Shown: piece by piece, positions 37,601-51,931 of the stretch | Layout: each line of letters begins with the position of its first letter | How positions within the stretch are numbered: the first letter of the stretch is position 1 | Origin: Neocallimastix sp. 'constans' | Taxonomy: Eukaryota | NCBI GenBank assembly: GCA_050613775.1 | Contig: JBODTK010000106.1 | Span: forward strand, 124,001 to 188,000 | Length of the DNA stretch: 64,000 bases | Direction: 5' to 3' | The notes under the pieces: model-generated | What the model was told of the DNA's origin: nothing | Database searches by the model: none | Seen by the model: the letters and a program-made list of their open reading frames with translations, nothing else | Made by a program: the position numbers and the translations under genes

Positions 37601-38089
37601 TAGTAACAGCATAACTAATTCCTCGAAACTCATAACGTAATTTTTAACATTAATGTAAGAAATATAATATATTTTTATTTTATGTATTTTTTTAATAAGT
37701 ATTAAATAATGTTTATTCTTAATATATATATATATATATATAAAAAAAGTTTATTAAAATAAATAAGTAAATATATAAAGATATAAATAAATAAACTTTT
37801 TAATAATATAAAATATAATTAATAAAAAAAATGATAAAAAATACTTTTTTAATGTAAAAATCAATAATAAGCATCTATTTTTATTATTTAATAAATTAAA
37901 TTTATAAATAAATGATTTATTTTTTTTTTTTTTTTTTTTTTTTTTGAGTAAAGTTTCTATATAAATTCATATCTTTTGCGGTAGATCTAGTATATATATT
38001 AGTATATATATATATATATATATATTAGATTTGAAAGAAAATAAGAAAATATACCATTATTGCTATTTTTATTTATGAAATATTTTCCA

Positions 38090-38450
<361 letters not shown>

Positions 38451-38916
38451 TTTATTGTTATTTTTTTTTTTAAATAAATTTTTAATTATTATAAATATAT
38501 AAATAAAAGACAAATATTTTAATCATAAATTAAATGAAAAAAAGATTAAGAAAAAAAATTTTCTTAAATGTAAAAGATTAATAATAATAAATATAAATTT
38601 TTTAAATAATTAAAATTATAAATTATAAATAATTGTTGTTTCGTTGCTTGTTTTTTGTTTATTGTTGATAACACGAAGTTATCAAAATAAATGTGTATTT
38701 TTTGCAATATTGCTCAATATATATTGAGCTTGAAAGAAATTACACCATCATACTATCATTGGTTTATATATTTTCAAAACAAGTTATATTTATAAAAAAT
38801 AAAAAATGTTATATATTTTGTTTATTATACATTAAATAAATAAATTAAAATATAATTGTATCTAAAACATAATTATAATGATAACAAATAAAAATAATAA
38901 TAATATAACAAAAAAA

Positions 38917-38965
<49 letters not shown>

Positions 38966-39162
38966 AATATAACAGAAAAATGATTAAAAAAATGAAATCA
39001 ACAAATATATGTTTTTATTTGTTTTCTTATTTTTTGTTTAAACGCTTTTTTATTTATTATTTTTATTTGTATGATTTTATTTAATAATTTTTGCTATATG
39101 CTGTGAAATAAATGATTAAATATATAAAATTAACATTAAATGAATATTAAATTTAATAAATA

Positions 39163-39193
<31 letters not shown>

Positions 39194-39487
39194 AACTATT
39201 TCTTCATATCAATAGTTTTATATCCCATGTTGGTATGACGGATGGTAAAAGCAAAACAGATATTTATGAATCATCTAGATGCCCAAATGAAAAATACTTA
39301 TTAGAGATGCTCAAAAAAAAAAAAATTCTGATAATCCAATACTAACTAAAAAGCTCTGAATGGCTCTATTTAATCAAAAAAAATTTTTTTTCTCCAATAT
39401 TATTAATTTTTTTTTTGATAATTGTATATTTCTATTATTCAAAAAGCACCATAAAATGCAAGTTAATTAATAATTATCACAAATTTT

Positions 39488-39671
39488 ATCATAAACAAAC
39501 ATTACATTTATGGTTTATTTCTTTAAACGCTCCCTCATTGTCTTCAGCTTCATATATTAACTTACTATTATCAAAAATTCATTGTTTAGATAAAGAACAT
39601 CTTCAATAAGAATCATTCTTTGAATTTTGTGATGTCATACTCATTCTTATGGTTATATCCTTGATTGTCAT
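39488..39671 (-). pseudogene. Possible relic of a BED-zinc-finger (hAT-type transposase) N-terminus
   Basis: ATG at 39671 opens MTIKDITIRMSMTSQNSKNDSY*RCSLSKQ*IFDNSKLIYEAEDNEGAFKEINHKCNVCL. SKQ(W)IF...CxxC resembles the BED first half. Confidence 0.3.
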
Positions 39672-40634
39672 AGTTTTTTTTTTTTTTTAATTATATTTAA
39701 CTTAATATATGATAAATAAAGTGGGTTAAATTATTTATAATAATCTTTTAATTCGTATTTTGATTTGATTTAATTTAATACCTTTTTGTTGTTGTTATTA
39801 TTATTATTGCTTGTTCGTTTGTTATTTGTTTATTTTTTTTAGTTAATTTGTTTGTTATTTAGTTAATGATTTTTCATTAATAAATAAAGCTCAAAAAATA
39901 ATTAATTACTATATTTTATTTTTATTTTATTATTACTAGTGTTAATATTAGTAGTTTATTTTACTTATTTTTACTAATATTATTAATTTTTTTTTTTTTT
40001 TTGTTTTTTTTTTTTTGTTTTTTGTTTTTTGTTTTTTGTTTTTTGTTTTGTTTTATTTGTTTGTTTGTTAAGTTAAGTTTTGGTTTGTTTTGTTTATTGT
40101 TTTTATTTTGTTTTAATTTTGCTTTTTGCTTTTATTTTTATTTTTTTTTTTTTTTTAATTCTTTGTTAATTTTTTTTGTTTTTGTTTTTGCTTTTGTTTT
40201 GTTTATTTATTTATTTATTTATTTATTTATTATTATTATTATTTTTTTTTTTTTTTTTTTTTTTTGTTTATTTTCTTTTTTTATTTTTGGTATTATTAAA
40301 TTATTATAATTTTTATTATTATCTTCATTTTTATTATTATTTTTATTATTATTATTTTTTTTTTTTTTTTTTTTTTTTTGAAGGATAAAATTATTATTAT
40401 TATTATTATTATTATTATCTCCATTTTTATTATTAATTATTTTTTCCTTATTGTATAGTATAGTATTGTATAGTATAATAATTTTTTTTATCAGTTTTTA
40501 TTTTTTATTTTTTTTTTTTTTTTTTTATTTTTTTTTATTTTTTTTTTAATAATTTTTATTCGTTAAAGCATTTCTTTTTCTATATCAAATTTTCATATTA
40601 AATTTATTGTTGTAAATTTTCTTCTACTGTTTGT

Positions 40635-43316
40635 TCATTGTTTACGAACAATATCATTTTGCTCTTTTACAAGGGATGTAATTAAAACATCTTGTTTACT
40701 TTCATCAATTGTTTCATTATTAGATGCAATTTCATCTTGAATGATTGATTCCTTTATTTCATCATTTTCTATTTTGTCACCTTCCTCAACCATAGTATTA
40801 AAACTATTATTAATATTATTCATATCGTTTTCTTCTTGATAATTAATAACTTCTTTCCCTTGTTCAAATTCATTTTCAAATTTATTAATGTTACCTTTAA
40901 GATCTTGATCTAACGATTCATCTGTTTCTTCATTTGTAATGTCTTCTGATTTAATATTAACAGGGATTGATTGGGATTGATTTATGGTTGTTGTATCAGT
41001 ATTTGTTGAATCATCCATTTCATCAAGTAATGTTGATGATCTTCTCTCTAAATTTGGTTTTTTATTATCATTACCATCATTCGATATTATAAAGTTTGAT
41101 TTTTGTGGAGTTACAGGTTCACTTTTACTTTGGATATTAACAGGTGGAAGACCAAGATATTGTTGTTTTTCAATTGGAGCAGATGATGGAGGTAATAACA
41201 TATGATCTTCATCAACTGTTTTTTGATCGCTTTTTGGATCTTTTATATTATATTTCTTTGCATTATCATTTAATTTTTTACAATTTGGACAAATATATTC
41301 TATTCATTATATTATATAACATTTTATTATATTTTATTATATTATATTATATTATATTATATTATATAAATATATTTATTATTATATGTTTATTGTATTA
41401 TATTTTATAATGAATATTATTATTACTATTACTATTATTAATAACACTGTTCATATATTGAAAGTTTACTATTTTAATATAATTTTCCTCAAACAAAATT
41501 AACATAATATATATTTATACATAATTAAAAAAATTAATTAAAAACTTACTAAATGTTTTATATTCTTCAGGTAGAGCTAAACCACAATGAATATAACAGT
41601 AATTACACACTAATGCATATTTTTTATCAACTTCATTAACATCACCAACAATAGCATCCATTAATTTATCTATCCAGTTACGTTCATTAGGATTTCCTTG
41701 TGACTGAGCACCATATTGTGGTGTATATTGTTGATTATATTGATTAAATTGTTGATTATATCTCATATCTGTAAATTGTTGTTTTCTATTTTGTGAAACC
41801 ACTGGCATAGATCTTTGTTTTGAAAGGTTATGACCTCCAATTAATTGTTGCTTTCTAGAAAGCATCATCTGTTGATTTCTTATTTGATTTGGACCTTTAC
41901 ATATTTAAATTTTTTTATCAATTTTTGTTTTTCAAAAAAAGATAAAAATTATATTAAAATAAACAAATAAATAAATAAATAATAATTAATTCTCTTATTG
42001 CATATTAAAACAATTATTTAAAATACTATTATATTTATTAATAGTTATTATTACGACTTACTTATTTTTTGATTATTAATGTTCATTTGTGGATGCATCC
42101 TTTGTATACCATTATTATTCATCGGCTTTATTAATATATATCAATTAATATCAATATATTATATATTTATTAGACAATTATAATATATAAACCAAAAGAA
42201 AAATGTATAATAATTCATTTTATTATTTACGTATTCTGGTTCTTGTAATTCATATTTTTCAATTAAATTCTTGGTTTCATAATATTTAATCTTACTTTTG
42301 AGTTCATCTAACTATTTTATAATATTATTCAATTTTATTAAATGAATATTTATTTATATTATTAATTAAAAGAATTTTTTCTAAAATTCAAATAATAACA
42401 ATGATAATAATAAATCATTGTTACTATCAAAAACTTTTATTTTCATATATATATATTATATTTAATATATCAATAAACAAAAGTATCTTACAATTTCTCT
42501 TTGATTTTGTTTGAGTTCGTCTCTTCTATCCTCTATTAAAAAAATAAAAAAAAATAAATAAAAATAATAATAAATAAATAATTTAAAAAAAAAAAAAAGT
42601 TTTATTATTTATTTAGTCAGTTATTTATTAATTATTATTTTATTTATTATCTCACAATTATATATATTACCTTCTTTCATTTGTTTTTTTTTGTACCAAA
42701 TAGAAATGAATTTCTTTATAAAAATAATTCTTTATATATCCAATTAAAATTTATAAAATAATAAAATTTATGTTTATATTATTATTTGAAAAATAATAAT
42801 TAATTATATAAGAATGATAAAATATGCTTACAAAAATAAGCCAACTAGAAGTGGAAATGCTTGAATGAAAAGTACTGGCCATGGATTATAAGATTGATAT
42901 AAATAGAAGCAATATCCAATTAAAATAAAAGAATATACTGGAATACTATAATAAAGCCAAGTTATAATGCTTCTATCTTCTCTTATTTTTATTTGTCTTA
43001 ATTTATCTTCAATTTTTCTGATTTCTAAATCGATATCAGCTAATAATTTTTCATAATCCTTTTCCTTTGTTGAACTTCTCTGTTAATTTTGTTTTGAAAT
43101 TTGAATATTTATTTATTGTGTATAATTTAATAAAAGGTTAATGCAAAAAATATATTATATATAATTAAAAATAATAAAAAAAAATAAAAAATAAAAAAAA
43201 AAAACATAAAAGTTTTATGAAATTATATGGGAAAAAAAAAAAAAAGAAAAAAAAAATATATATATATATATAATTAATAAATAATGAATAATTATATATA
43301 CCCTTCTCCAGAACAT
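40635..43316 (-). CDS. LNP1: Lunapark (ER three-way junction protein), ~8 exons
   Basis: MFWRR|RSSTKEKDYEKLLADID coiled coil, two TMs, DELKSKIKYYETKELIEKYE, NWIDKLMDAIVGD, and a zinc ribbon YALVCNYCYIHCGLA...YICPNCKKLN. Introns are canonical. Confidence 0.92.
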
Positions 43317-43799
43317 TTTGAAAATCAAATCTTTAAAATAAATATCTTTTTTAATTTAATTTTTTATTATTGTATTTTATTATTATGTTCATATATTAGT
43401 TAATTTTATATATTTAATATTTTTCTTTTCCTTTTTATAAATAATTTATTTATCTATCTTAAAGTTATTATTAACGTTTATTATTTATATATTTTAATTG
43501 ATTTTTGTTGTTATTATTATCTTTAAAGTTCTCAATTTTTTTTTTATTTAAAAAAAAATTTATTCCATTTGCTGTTATTGTAGTTATTAGTTATTAGCTA
43601 TTATTATTATTAATTATTTTTTTATTAGTTATTATTAATTATTATTTTTATGAAATAATAAATAAATTATTTAAAAAGATTTAACAATATTATATTACAG
43701 CTAATGTTAAAAGAAATTTTTTATTATGTATTTTTTTTTTTTTTTTGTATTAATTTAAGTCTTTTATTTTTTAATTTTTTGTTTTTCTTTTTTTCAAAT

Positions 43800-43842
<43 letters not shown>

Positions 43843-44347
43843 CTAGTTAATTTTAATCTTTCTTTCTTTTTTTTTTTTTTTTTTTTTTTATTTATTTTTA
43901 GAAAGTAAAAAAAAAAGAAAAAAAAAAGATTCTTTATTTCAATTAATATACTATTTAAAAAATTTCAAATTTTAGAAATAATATATTAATAAATAAAATA
44001 TATATTTTATTTTGTTATATATATGTATGCTTAAAAAAGAAAAAGAAAAAAGAAAAAGAATATTAAAATTAATTTATTATTCAAAAAAATGTATTATAAT
44101 AAAATAATTCTTTAATTTTTTTTTCTTTTTTTTTTTTTTTTTTAAATAATAAAATTTTTAAATTGTTATTTAATATTATTATTATTGAAGAAAAAAGATA
44201 AATTAAATTCAAAAAAATTGAATAATTTAAAAGGTAAAATGTTTTAATAATAAATATATGAATTCCTATATTTTTTTTTAATCTAAAATAATTAAAATAT
44301 TAATTTAATTAATAAATAATTTATATTAATAAAAAATAATAATAACA

Positions 44348-44487
<140 letters not shown>

Positions 44488-44660
44488 TACATAAATGAAA
44501 TAATTTATATTTTTACTGAGAATATTCATATAATTAAAATAAAATTCATTGTCTTAAAATATACTATAATCAACTCCTATTAATGAATGTTATAATTTAT
44601 ATTATTATCTTATCAACACATATAATAAGGAGATTGGTAATTATATTAATTATTATTTTT

Positions 44661-44987
<327 letters not shown>

Positions 44988-45194
44988 TTAGATTTGTACT
45001 CCTTAAATTTAAGTTATAACGAAAAACTAAATAGGTAATAACAAATAAAAAATATTTATATTACGAATTTTTAATTTAATAACAAATGTAGTACAATTCT
45101 ATTTTACTTTTACTACATCATTATAGTAAAATATTTTTACAATTATTATTACCATTAAAATTATGATATTTATTATAGCATAATTTTTTTATAG

Positions 45195-45445
45195 ACTGAA
45201 GACTTTTGTCTCCCCTATATATTAATATGGGTGTATGATTATTAACTGCCATACCGGTACGGCGTCGGCGCTCTCAACTCCCCATAAGCAAAGAAACTCC
45301 ATATAGAAGCACCCTATGCGATCCTCAAGGGAAAGCAGAGCAAGCCAACTATAGGGGGCGTCCATACAATCCCAGAGGAGCTGGAAACTGTAAATCCTCT
45401 TAGACAAGGCTTACGCAATGGGATTCTTAAAGTGTCTTAAAGTGT
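45195..45445 (-). mobile_element. GC-rich island; 3'-terminal fragment of a non-LTR retrotransposon on the minus strand
   Basis: Minus-strand GAGAGCGCCGACGCCGTACC resembles AAGAGTGTCGATGCCGTATA in copy B (~25214). Translation DAPY...ESADAVPVWQ parallels DTPF...SSVNAEETVRQ and TKSVDAV. Confidence 0.6.
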
Positions 45446-45507
45446 TAGAAATATAGAAAACATATTATTATAGCATAAATTCATATAAATCAAATTTTTA
45501 TATTACT

Positions 45508-45735
45508 AAAAAAAATAATAATAAACAAAAAAAATAATAATAAACAAAAAAAATAATAATAAACAAAAAAAATAATAATAAACAAAAAATATAATAATAA
45601 ACAAAAAATATAATAATAAACAAAAAATATAATAATAAACAAAAAATATAATAATAAACAAAAAATATAATAATAAACAAAAAAAATAATAATAAACAAA
45701 AAATATAATAATAAACAAAAAAAAATAATAATAAA
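45508..45735. repeat. 21-bp minisatellite (ATAATAATAAACAAAAAA[T/A]..), ~11 copies
   Basis: Directly visible. It causes ORFs 45490-45745. Confidence 0.92.
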
Positions 45736-45745
45736 AATTAAACAT

Positions 45746-46325
45746 TGACTAAAATAGTAATAATAATATATATTTTTATTATTTTCTTATTATTTCAATT
45801 TTTAATTTTTTATTTAGTGAAATTATTTATGGTTATTATTTATAATAAATCTCTAAATAAATTTAAAACAAAAAAATAAAAATAATAATAAATAAAAATA
45901 AAATAAGAAAAAAAAATTATTATAATCTAAAATTTTATTACGTTTTTTAAATTTTATTTTTGTTTTTCCTTGATGTCTTTTTTTTTTTTTTTAAATTTTA
46001 TTTTTGTTTTTCCTTTATGTCTTTTAACTTAATTTTATTTTTATATTAAAAATTAAACTTTGACTGAAATAGTAATAATAATGCAAATTTTTATTATTTT
46101 CTTATTATTTCAATTTTTAATTATTTATGGTTATTATTTAATAAACTTTAATAAATCTCTAATTAAATTAAAAACAAAAAATAAAAAAAAAAAAAAAAAA
46201 AAAGAAAAGAGAAAAAAAACTTTAATAATACTATAATGAATTCTAAAGTTTTATTACATTTTTTTAAATTTTATTTTTTTTTTTCCTTGATTTCTTTTTA
46301 CTTAATTTTATTTTTATTTTTTAAA
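45746..46325. repeat. Diverged tandem duplication, ~315-bp period
   Basis: TTGACT.AAATAGTAATAATAAT...TTTTCTTATTATTTCAATTTTTAATT...TTATGGTTATTA...AATAAATCTCTAA...TTTTCCTTGAT occurs at 45746 and 46060. Confidence 0.8.
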
Positions 46326-46812
46326 TTTCTTTAATAATATAAATATTAATAATAAATAAATATGTTAAACGACAAATTAATATAAATAAAAAATAATAGT
46401 TTCATAGGTAAAAAATAACTAGACTTTTTAGAATAACATTATTAATATATAATTATTATTAATCTTATTTAACTTTAATAATGCTTAATGAATATATATA
46501 TATTTTTTTTTCTAATTCATTCTATATTTCATTTTCATATTTTCCTAATTCAACAATATATTTTTTAGATTTTCATTAATATATTAATTATTTCCTTTTC
46601 TTTATCATCGAATAGTTTTACTACTATTAAAGTTTGACTATTGTTCTTCTGGATCTTTAATAAAACTAACTTTAAATAAGGCAAAACTTGGTTTCAATTA
46701 TGTATGTTATATTTCATTTATTTTTTAATTTTTATTTTTTATTCTTTATTTATTTATTTTTTAAGTTTTTTTATTTTATTTCCTTTTACATATATATATT
46801 TTATTATTGTTT

Positions 46813-48375
46813 TTAATATTCTTTTTCATTTCTTTCTAATTCATCTTCATATTTTCCTGATACAACAAAGTGCTTTTCACGTTCTCTTTGAATAATTTTA
46901 TTAATAATTTCCATTTGTTCATCATCGAATGGAGTAGTTTTACGATCTTCTAAATTCATACAATGGAAAGTTGGCCATTGAGCTTCTGAATCTTCAACAA
47001 GATAGACTTCAAATTTCAATAATCGATCATTGTATCTTTCATCTGTTTTATCTTTAACAATATGATCATTCCAGAAAAGAATTTGACCATCTCTAGTCGT
47101 ATGGCCAACATGACCACAAAGTTGTTTGGCATTTGGATCATCTCCCTCAGCACCAACTGCTAATTCACCAACAATGACATTTGGCAATGGAATTTCATTA
47201 TAATGTTGACGAGCCATATCGAAACCCATCCAGAATGTTTCCTTATCTCCATGAACATGTTCATATACAACATCATCACGAATTCTTTGTTCATTAAATT
47301 TACAAACAGCTAATAAACCTAAAATAGTTCTACTTTTATCTATAACTACTGTACTAGATTCCATTTCATGACATGTTTCTTCATTCCAAAAACGAAGTCC
47401 CTTTGTTTCTGGTAATGGATTAATCATCCATTCTTTAAGCCATTTAGAACCTCCATGTGGTCCTGGGAATAATGTACGATCACGGAAGAATACAGTACCA
47501 GTTTCTTTATAGCCTTCATCTTCAAAAAGTACTGCAGGATCTCTAATATACATTGCATCAGCATCCATAAGAATAACTTCTTCGAAACGAGAAGCTAAAA
47601 TAGAAAAAGGTTTAATAGCCCATCCACCAATTTTTAATGGTTCTTCTTCAAAATATTTTGTAACATCTGATACATATACATCTTTATATTCTTTAAATTT
47701 CTCTCTATTTTCAACTGAGAGATCATTTTCCCCATTATAGAAAATTTCAATTGGAAGATCAGATTCAATTATATTACGTATAGTATCAACAGTACTAATT
47801 GCAAATCCAAAATGACCATTACCAGCGCAAATAACAATACCACGTCCTTCATAAGATTTAAATAAATCCTTGGTAGAATAGAAACGACGTCTATAAAGCC
47901 ATGGATATAATGATTGATGTAAAGTAGCTAAAATTCGACGATTACCAGTTAATTTGTCTGGATTAGTTATAAGGAATTTAGCATCACGAAATGTTTCAGC
48001 ACTATATGGTCCTTCTCCAAAAATATCACGCCATAAATAAGTGTGAAGTTCAACATTATCACGTAAACTTGAAAAATCTTCAGGTTCTATGTATGTATTA
48101 ATAGAATTTAGTATTAATTTACTAAGTTTATCTTCAAGTATACGACCATTTTCATTTAAATTTTTACTAATTTTTTCATTATTTTTAGATTCAGTTTCAT
48201 TTTTAACATTTACTACATTTTTATTGTTCACTTTTTCTTTATTTATTAAATTTGAATAATATCCTGAAACATCATCTGAAGCTTTATTATTGCTGAATAT
48301 AAATATAGATACAAATAACATAGTACCAAGTACTATTGATGCTGGTATTATTAAACGTACTTTTGAAATTCTCAT
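46813..48375 (-). CDS. Alpha-mannosyltransferase, GT71 / Mannosyl_trans3 (MNN1/MNT-like), type II membrane protein
   Basis: N-terminal TM anchor and motifs GRGIVICAG, LPIEIFY, GWAIKPFSILASRFEEVILMDADA (DxD), TGTVFFRDR, HEMESSTVVIDK and HGDKETFWMGF. Confidence 0.93.
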   Translation of the reverse strand: MRISKVRLIIPASIVLGTMLFVSIFIFSNNKASDDVSGYYSNLINKEKVNNKNVVNVKNETESKNNEKISKNLNENGRILEDKLSKLILNSINTYIEPEDFSSLRDNVELHTYLWRDIFGEGPYSAETFRDAKFLITNPDKLTGNRRILATLHQSLYPWLYRRRFYSTKDLFKSYEGRGIVICAGNGHFGFAISTVDTIRNIIESDLPIEIFYNGENDLSVENREKFKEYKDVYVSDVTKYFEEEPLKIGGWAIKPFSILASRFEEVILMDADAMYIRDPAVLFEDEGYKETGTVFFRDRTLFPGPHGGSKWLKEWMINPLPETKGLRFWNEETCHEMESSTVVIDKSRTILGLLAVCKFNEQRIRDDVVYEHVHGDKETFWMGFDMARQHYNEIPLPNVIVGELAVGAEGDDPNAKQLCGHVGHTTRDGQILFWNDHIVKDKTDERYNDRLLKFEVYLVEDSEAQWPTFHCMNLEDRKTTPFDDEQMEIINKIIQREREKHFVVSGKYEDELERNEKEY

Positions 48376-48820
48376 TATGTTTTATTTATTGTTAACTATA
48401 CTTAATATATAAAAATGAAAATTTTATATTTAAAACTATGTATTATACTTTTTATTTTATTTTAAAATAATTAATAGCTCTACTATTAAATATTATTTTT
48501 TATTATTTTTTTATTATTATTTTCTAATAATTAATAGCTCAACTATTAAAGTGTTTTTTTTTTTACCTAGTTATTATTTAATTATTTTTTTATTATTATT
48601 TTCTAATATATTATTTTCATTATTTTTTAATAATTTATTTTTATTCTATTAATTTTACTTTTTTTTATCTTTCTTTTTTTTTTTTTTTTTTTTTTTTTGT
48701 TATAATTATTATTTTTACTATTTTGTAATTTAATTATATATTTTTTATTTAAAAAAAAAAAAAAAAAAAATTCCAAAAAGGGATAAATATATAAAAATAA
48801 GAAACAATAAGAAAATCTAA

Positions 48821-48854
<34 letters not shown>

Positions 48855-49674
48855 AAAGAAAGAAAAAAAAGTTTGAAAGTTTATTAATTAATAAAAAAAA
48901 TAAATTGAATGTGATTATTTTTTTTATATATATTTATATTATAAAATTTATTAAAAATTATATTAACTCTTGACTTATTTAAATAAAATATATATATATA
49001 ATAATTATACAATATATAATAATACTGATTTTGTTATATTAAATAATTTAATCTTTATTATTTATAATTGTTACTAAAATTTAAAAGTTTACAAGAAAAC
49101 TATCACTATTATTCATTATTTCAATATTTAATATTTAAAATTATTAATTATTTATTAATACTATCAAATAAAATAATGATTTTAATTAAATGAAAAAATT
49201 AAAATAATATTAAATAAAATTATTCATGAAGATTTTTTAAATTAAATAATATATATTAAAAACCTTAATTTATAATAAAGAAAATTTGATTTACAATAAT
49301 TAATATTAAATACTATAATATTAATATACTAAAACATTGGTTACATTAACATAAATATAAAATATAAAACTTTATGGTTTTCATTACAAGCACACCTCAA
49401 TGATTCGATAATTAATATATATTTAGTTATATATAAAAATATTCTTTAAACAATATTAAAAAAAAAAAAAAAATTATTAAGAATATATTAAATAAGGTTT
49501 ATCATCACTACTTTAATATGATAAAAGAAGTTAATATATATATTATAAATGAAATGATATTTTTTATGGATAAATGATTGACCATTGTATTTTTTAATCA
49601 AAATTAAATACATAATTTTTATACTATAAACAATAATATATAAATTATTTAATTATTACTATTTCTATTTCTAC

Positions 49675-50110
49675 TTTATTATTATTTATTATTTATTATT
49701 TATTATTTATTATTTATTATTTATTATTTATTATTTATTATTTATTATTTATTATTATTTATTATTTATTATTTATTATTTATTATTTATTATTTATTAT
49801 TTATTATTTATTATTTATTATTTATTATTTATTATTTATTATTTATTATTTATTATTTATTATTTATTATTTATTATTATTTATTATTTATTATTTATTA
49901 TTTATTATTTATTATTTATTATTTATTATTTATTATTTATTATTTATTATTTATTATTTATTATTTATTATTTATTATTATTTATTATTTATTATTTATT
50001 ATTTATTATTTATTATTTATTATTTAATTATTCAAATATTTATTATTTATAATTTATTATTTAATTATTTATTATTTATTATTTATTATTTATTATTTAT
50101 TATTTATTAT
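49675..50110. repeat. (ATTTATT)n heptamer satellite (reverse complement of the 12.2-kb array)
   Basis: Directly visible. Confidence 0.95.
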
Positions 50111-50289
50111 AACTTTAACTTTATTTATTCATTTATTATGTATTCATATATTTCTTAAAAAATACAAATTTAATAAAAAAAAGTTATTTGTCCAAATTGA
50201 ATATAATAATTTTTTAAGTAATAATGTGAAGTAAAAGTAATATTCTAAAGTGTATAAATGAATATAGGAAAAAAAGTCTATATGCGATG

Positions 50290-51177
50290 AACCTCTCCTC
50301 TAGCTTATAAAATTTTTGTTTAAATGAATTCTTAACCCGAATTAGGGTTTGAATTGCTGACCTATCATAATGCATTTTCAGTTTTGACATTTAGAAAACT
50401 AATGTTCCAATAGAAATTTACTATTTTCTCTATGACAGCAAAGACAACGTTCTGAACAGTCGTCTTCAATCATATTAGCAGCTTTGGCAACACGAGTATT
50501 GAATTTATATCAGATAGAGGAGGAATAATAAGTTCTTTAGAAATACAATAAAGAGATGTAAAAGTATCCCATTAGAAAATCTTTCAATCCAGTATAATCC
50601 TGTATTAACTAGCATTTGTGTTGTTCTTCTTCTTTCTTCGTTTGATCCAAGTGGAGGTGTATAATACGAAACCTGACCAATTACTATAGCAAAAAAATAG
50701 CATTCGATTATGAGGGATAGGAATATGAAGATTCTTAAGAAATTCTTTAATGGAATAAAATGTTTTTCTAACTTTATTATTCATTCGTTGTATGATAGGT
50801 TTCAGTTCCAAAGCATTTTAAAATGGAACACCTAAGTACGTTTAGCTATTCGTTTTAGGTAATTTTTGTCTTAAAAGATAAAAGGCAGAATCTTTTTTAT
50901 TAAGAAATCTGGAAACTTCCCCTAGTACTACTAAACTTGTGCATTTATTATTACCAAATTAGATATAAACTATTTTTAACAGTCTCCTTATTGGAACACA
51001 TAATATAATATCATCTTCAAAGAAACCTACACATTAGTGTTTGTCTCCAATTGAGATTCCATATTTATTGCATTCATTTATGAACAAATTAAACAAAATT
51101 GGTGAGAGGTGACAACCTTGAAGAACACCTTTCTTAATACTAAATAATTCCGCTAATTGTCCATCAACCCTTTACAC
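50290..51177 (-). mobile_element. Degenerate non-LTR retrotransposon reverse-transcriptase fragment
   Basis: The minus strand reads RVDGQLAELFSIKKGVLQGCHLSPILFNLFIN, then GFFEDDIILC (decayed [Y/F]ADD motif) and YLGVPF, with stops and frameshifts. Confidence 0.88.
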
Positions 51178-51671
51178 AAAATTATTAAACAAGGAATGTA
51201 TATTAATTAAATTATTATTTAAATTAATGATTAAATTAATTATTATTTTAATTACATATAATTTAGTAAAATAAATAAATACGTTTTGATTAAGGATAAT
51301 TATAGATTAATACGTTTAAATAAAAGAAATTATTAAAATATATTAAATACAAATAATTTGTAAATATATAAATATTAAAAGCAAATAATATAAAAATATA
51401 GTACATGTAACATATAAATATACAAGTATCAAATATAAATAATATATATGTAAATATTTATAAAATATATAATAAATATAATATATATTATATAGAATAA
51501 TTCAATATTAATAATTTAAATGGAATTACATTATTTTTTATTTTTATTCAATTTCAATAATTTTATACATACTTTTATTTATTTTATTTAAAAATATATT
51601 CTAATTATTAATATTTTTATTTATTTTATTTAAAAATATGTTTAAATTTAAACTAATTATTGTTTATATTT

Positions 51672-51719
<48 letters not shown>

Positions 51720-51931
51720 TCGAACTATATGTACTTATTACTATTATATATATATATATATATATATTTATTAAGGTAAAAAATTATACTTTATATGATT
51801 AAAATTAAATACTAAATAAAGATAAAAAGAAGGAAAAAAAAAAAATTCTATGATGACTATTATTAATAATGTTTGTTATAATTAATTATTTAATCTATAT
51901 ATATATTAATTTATTATTAAATTTATATTTT

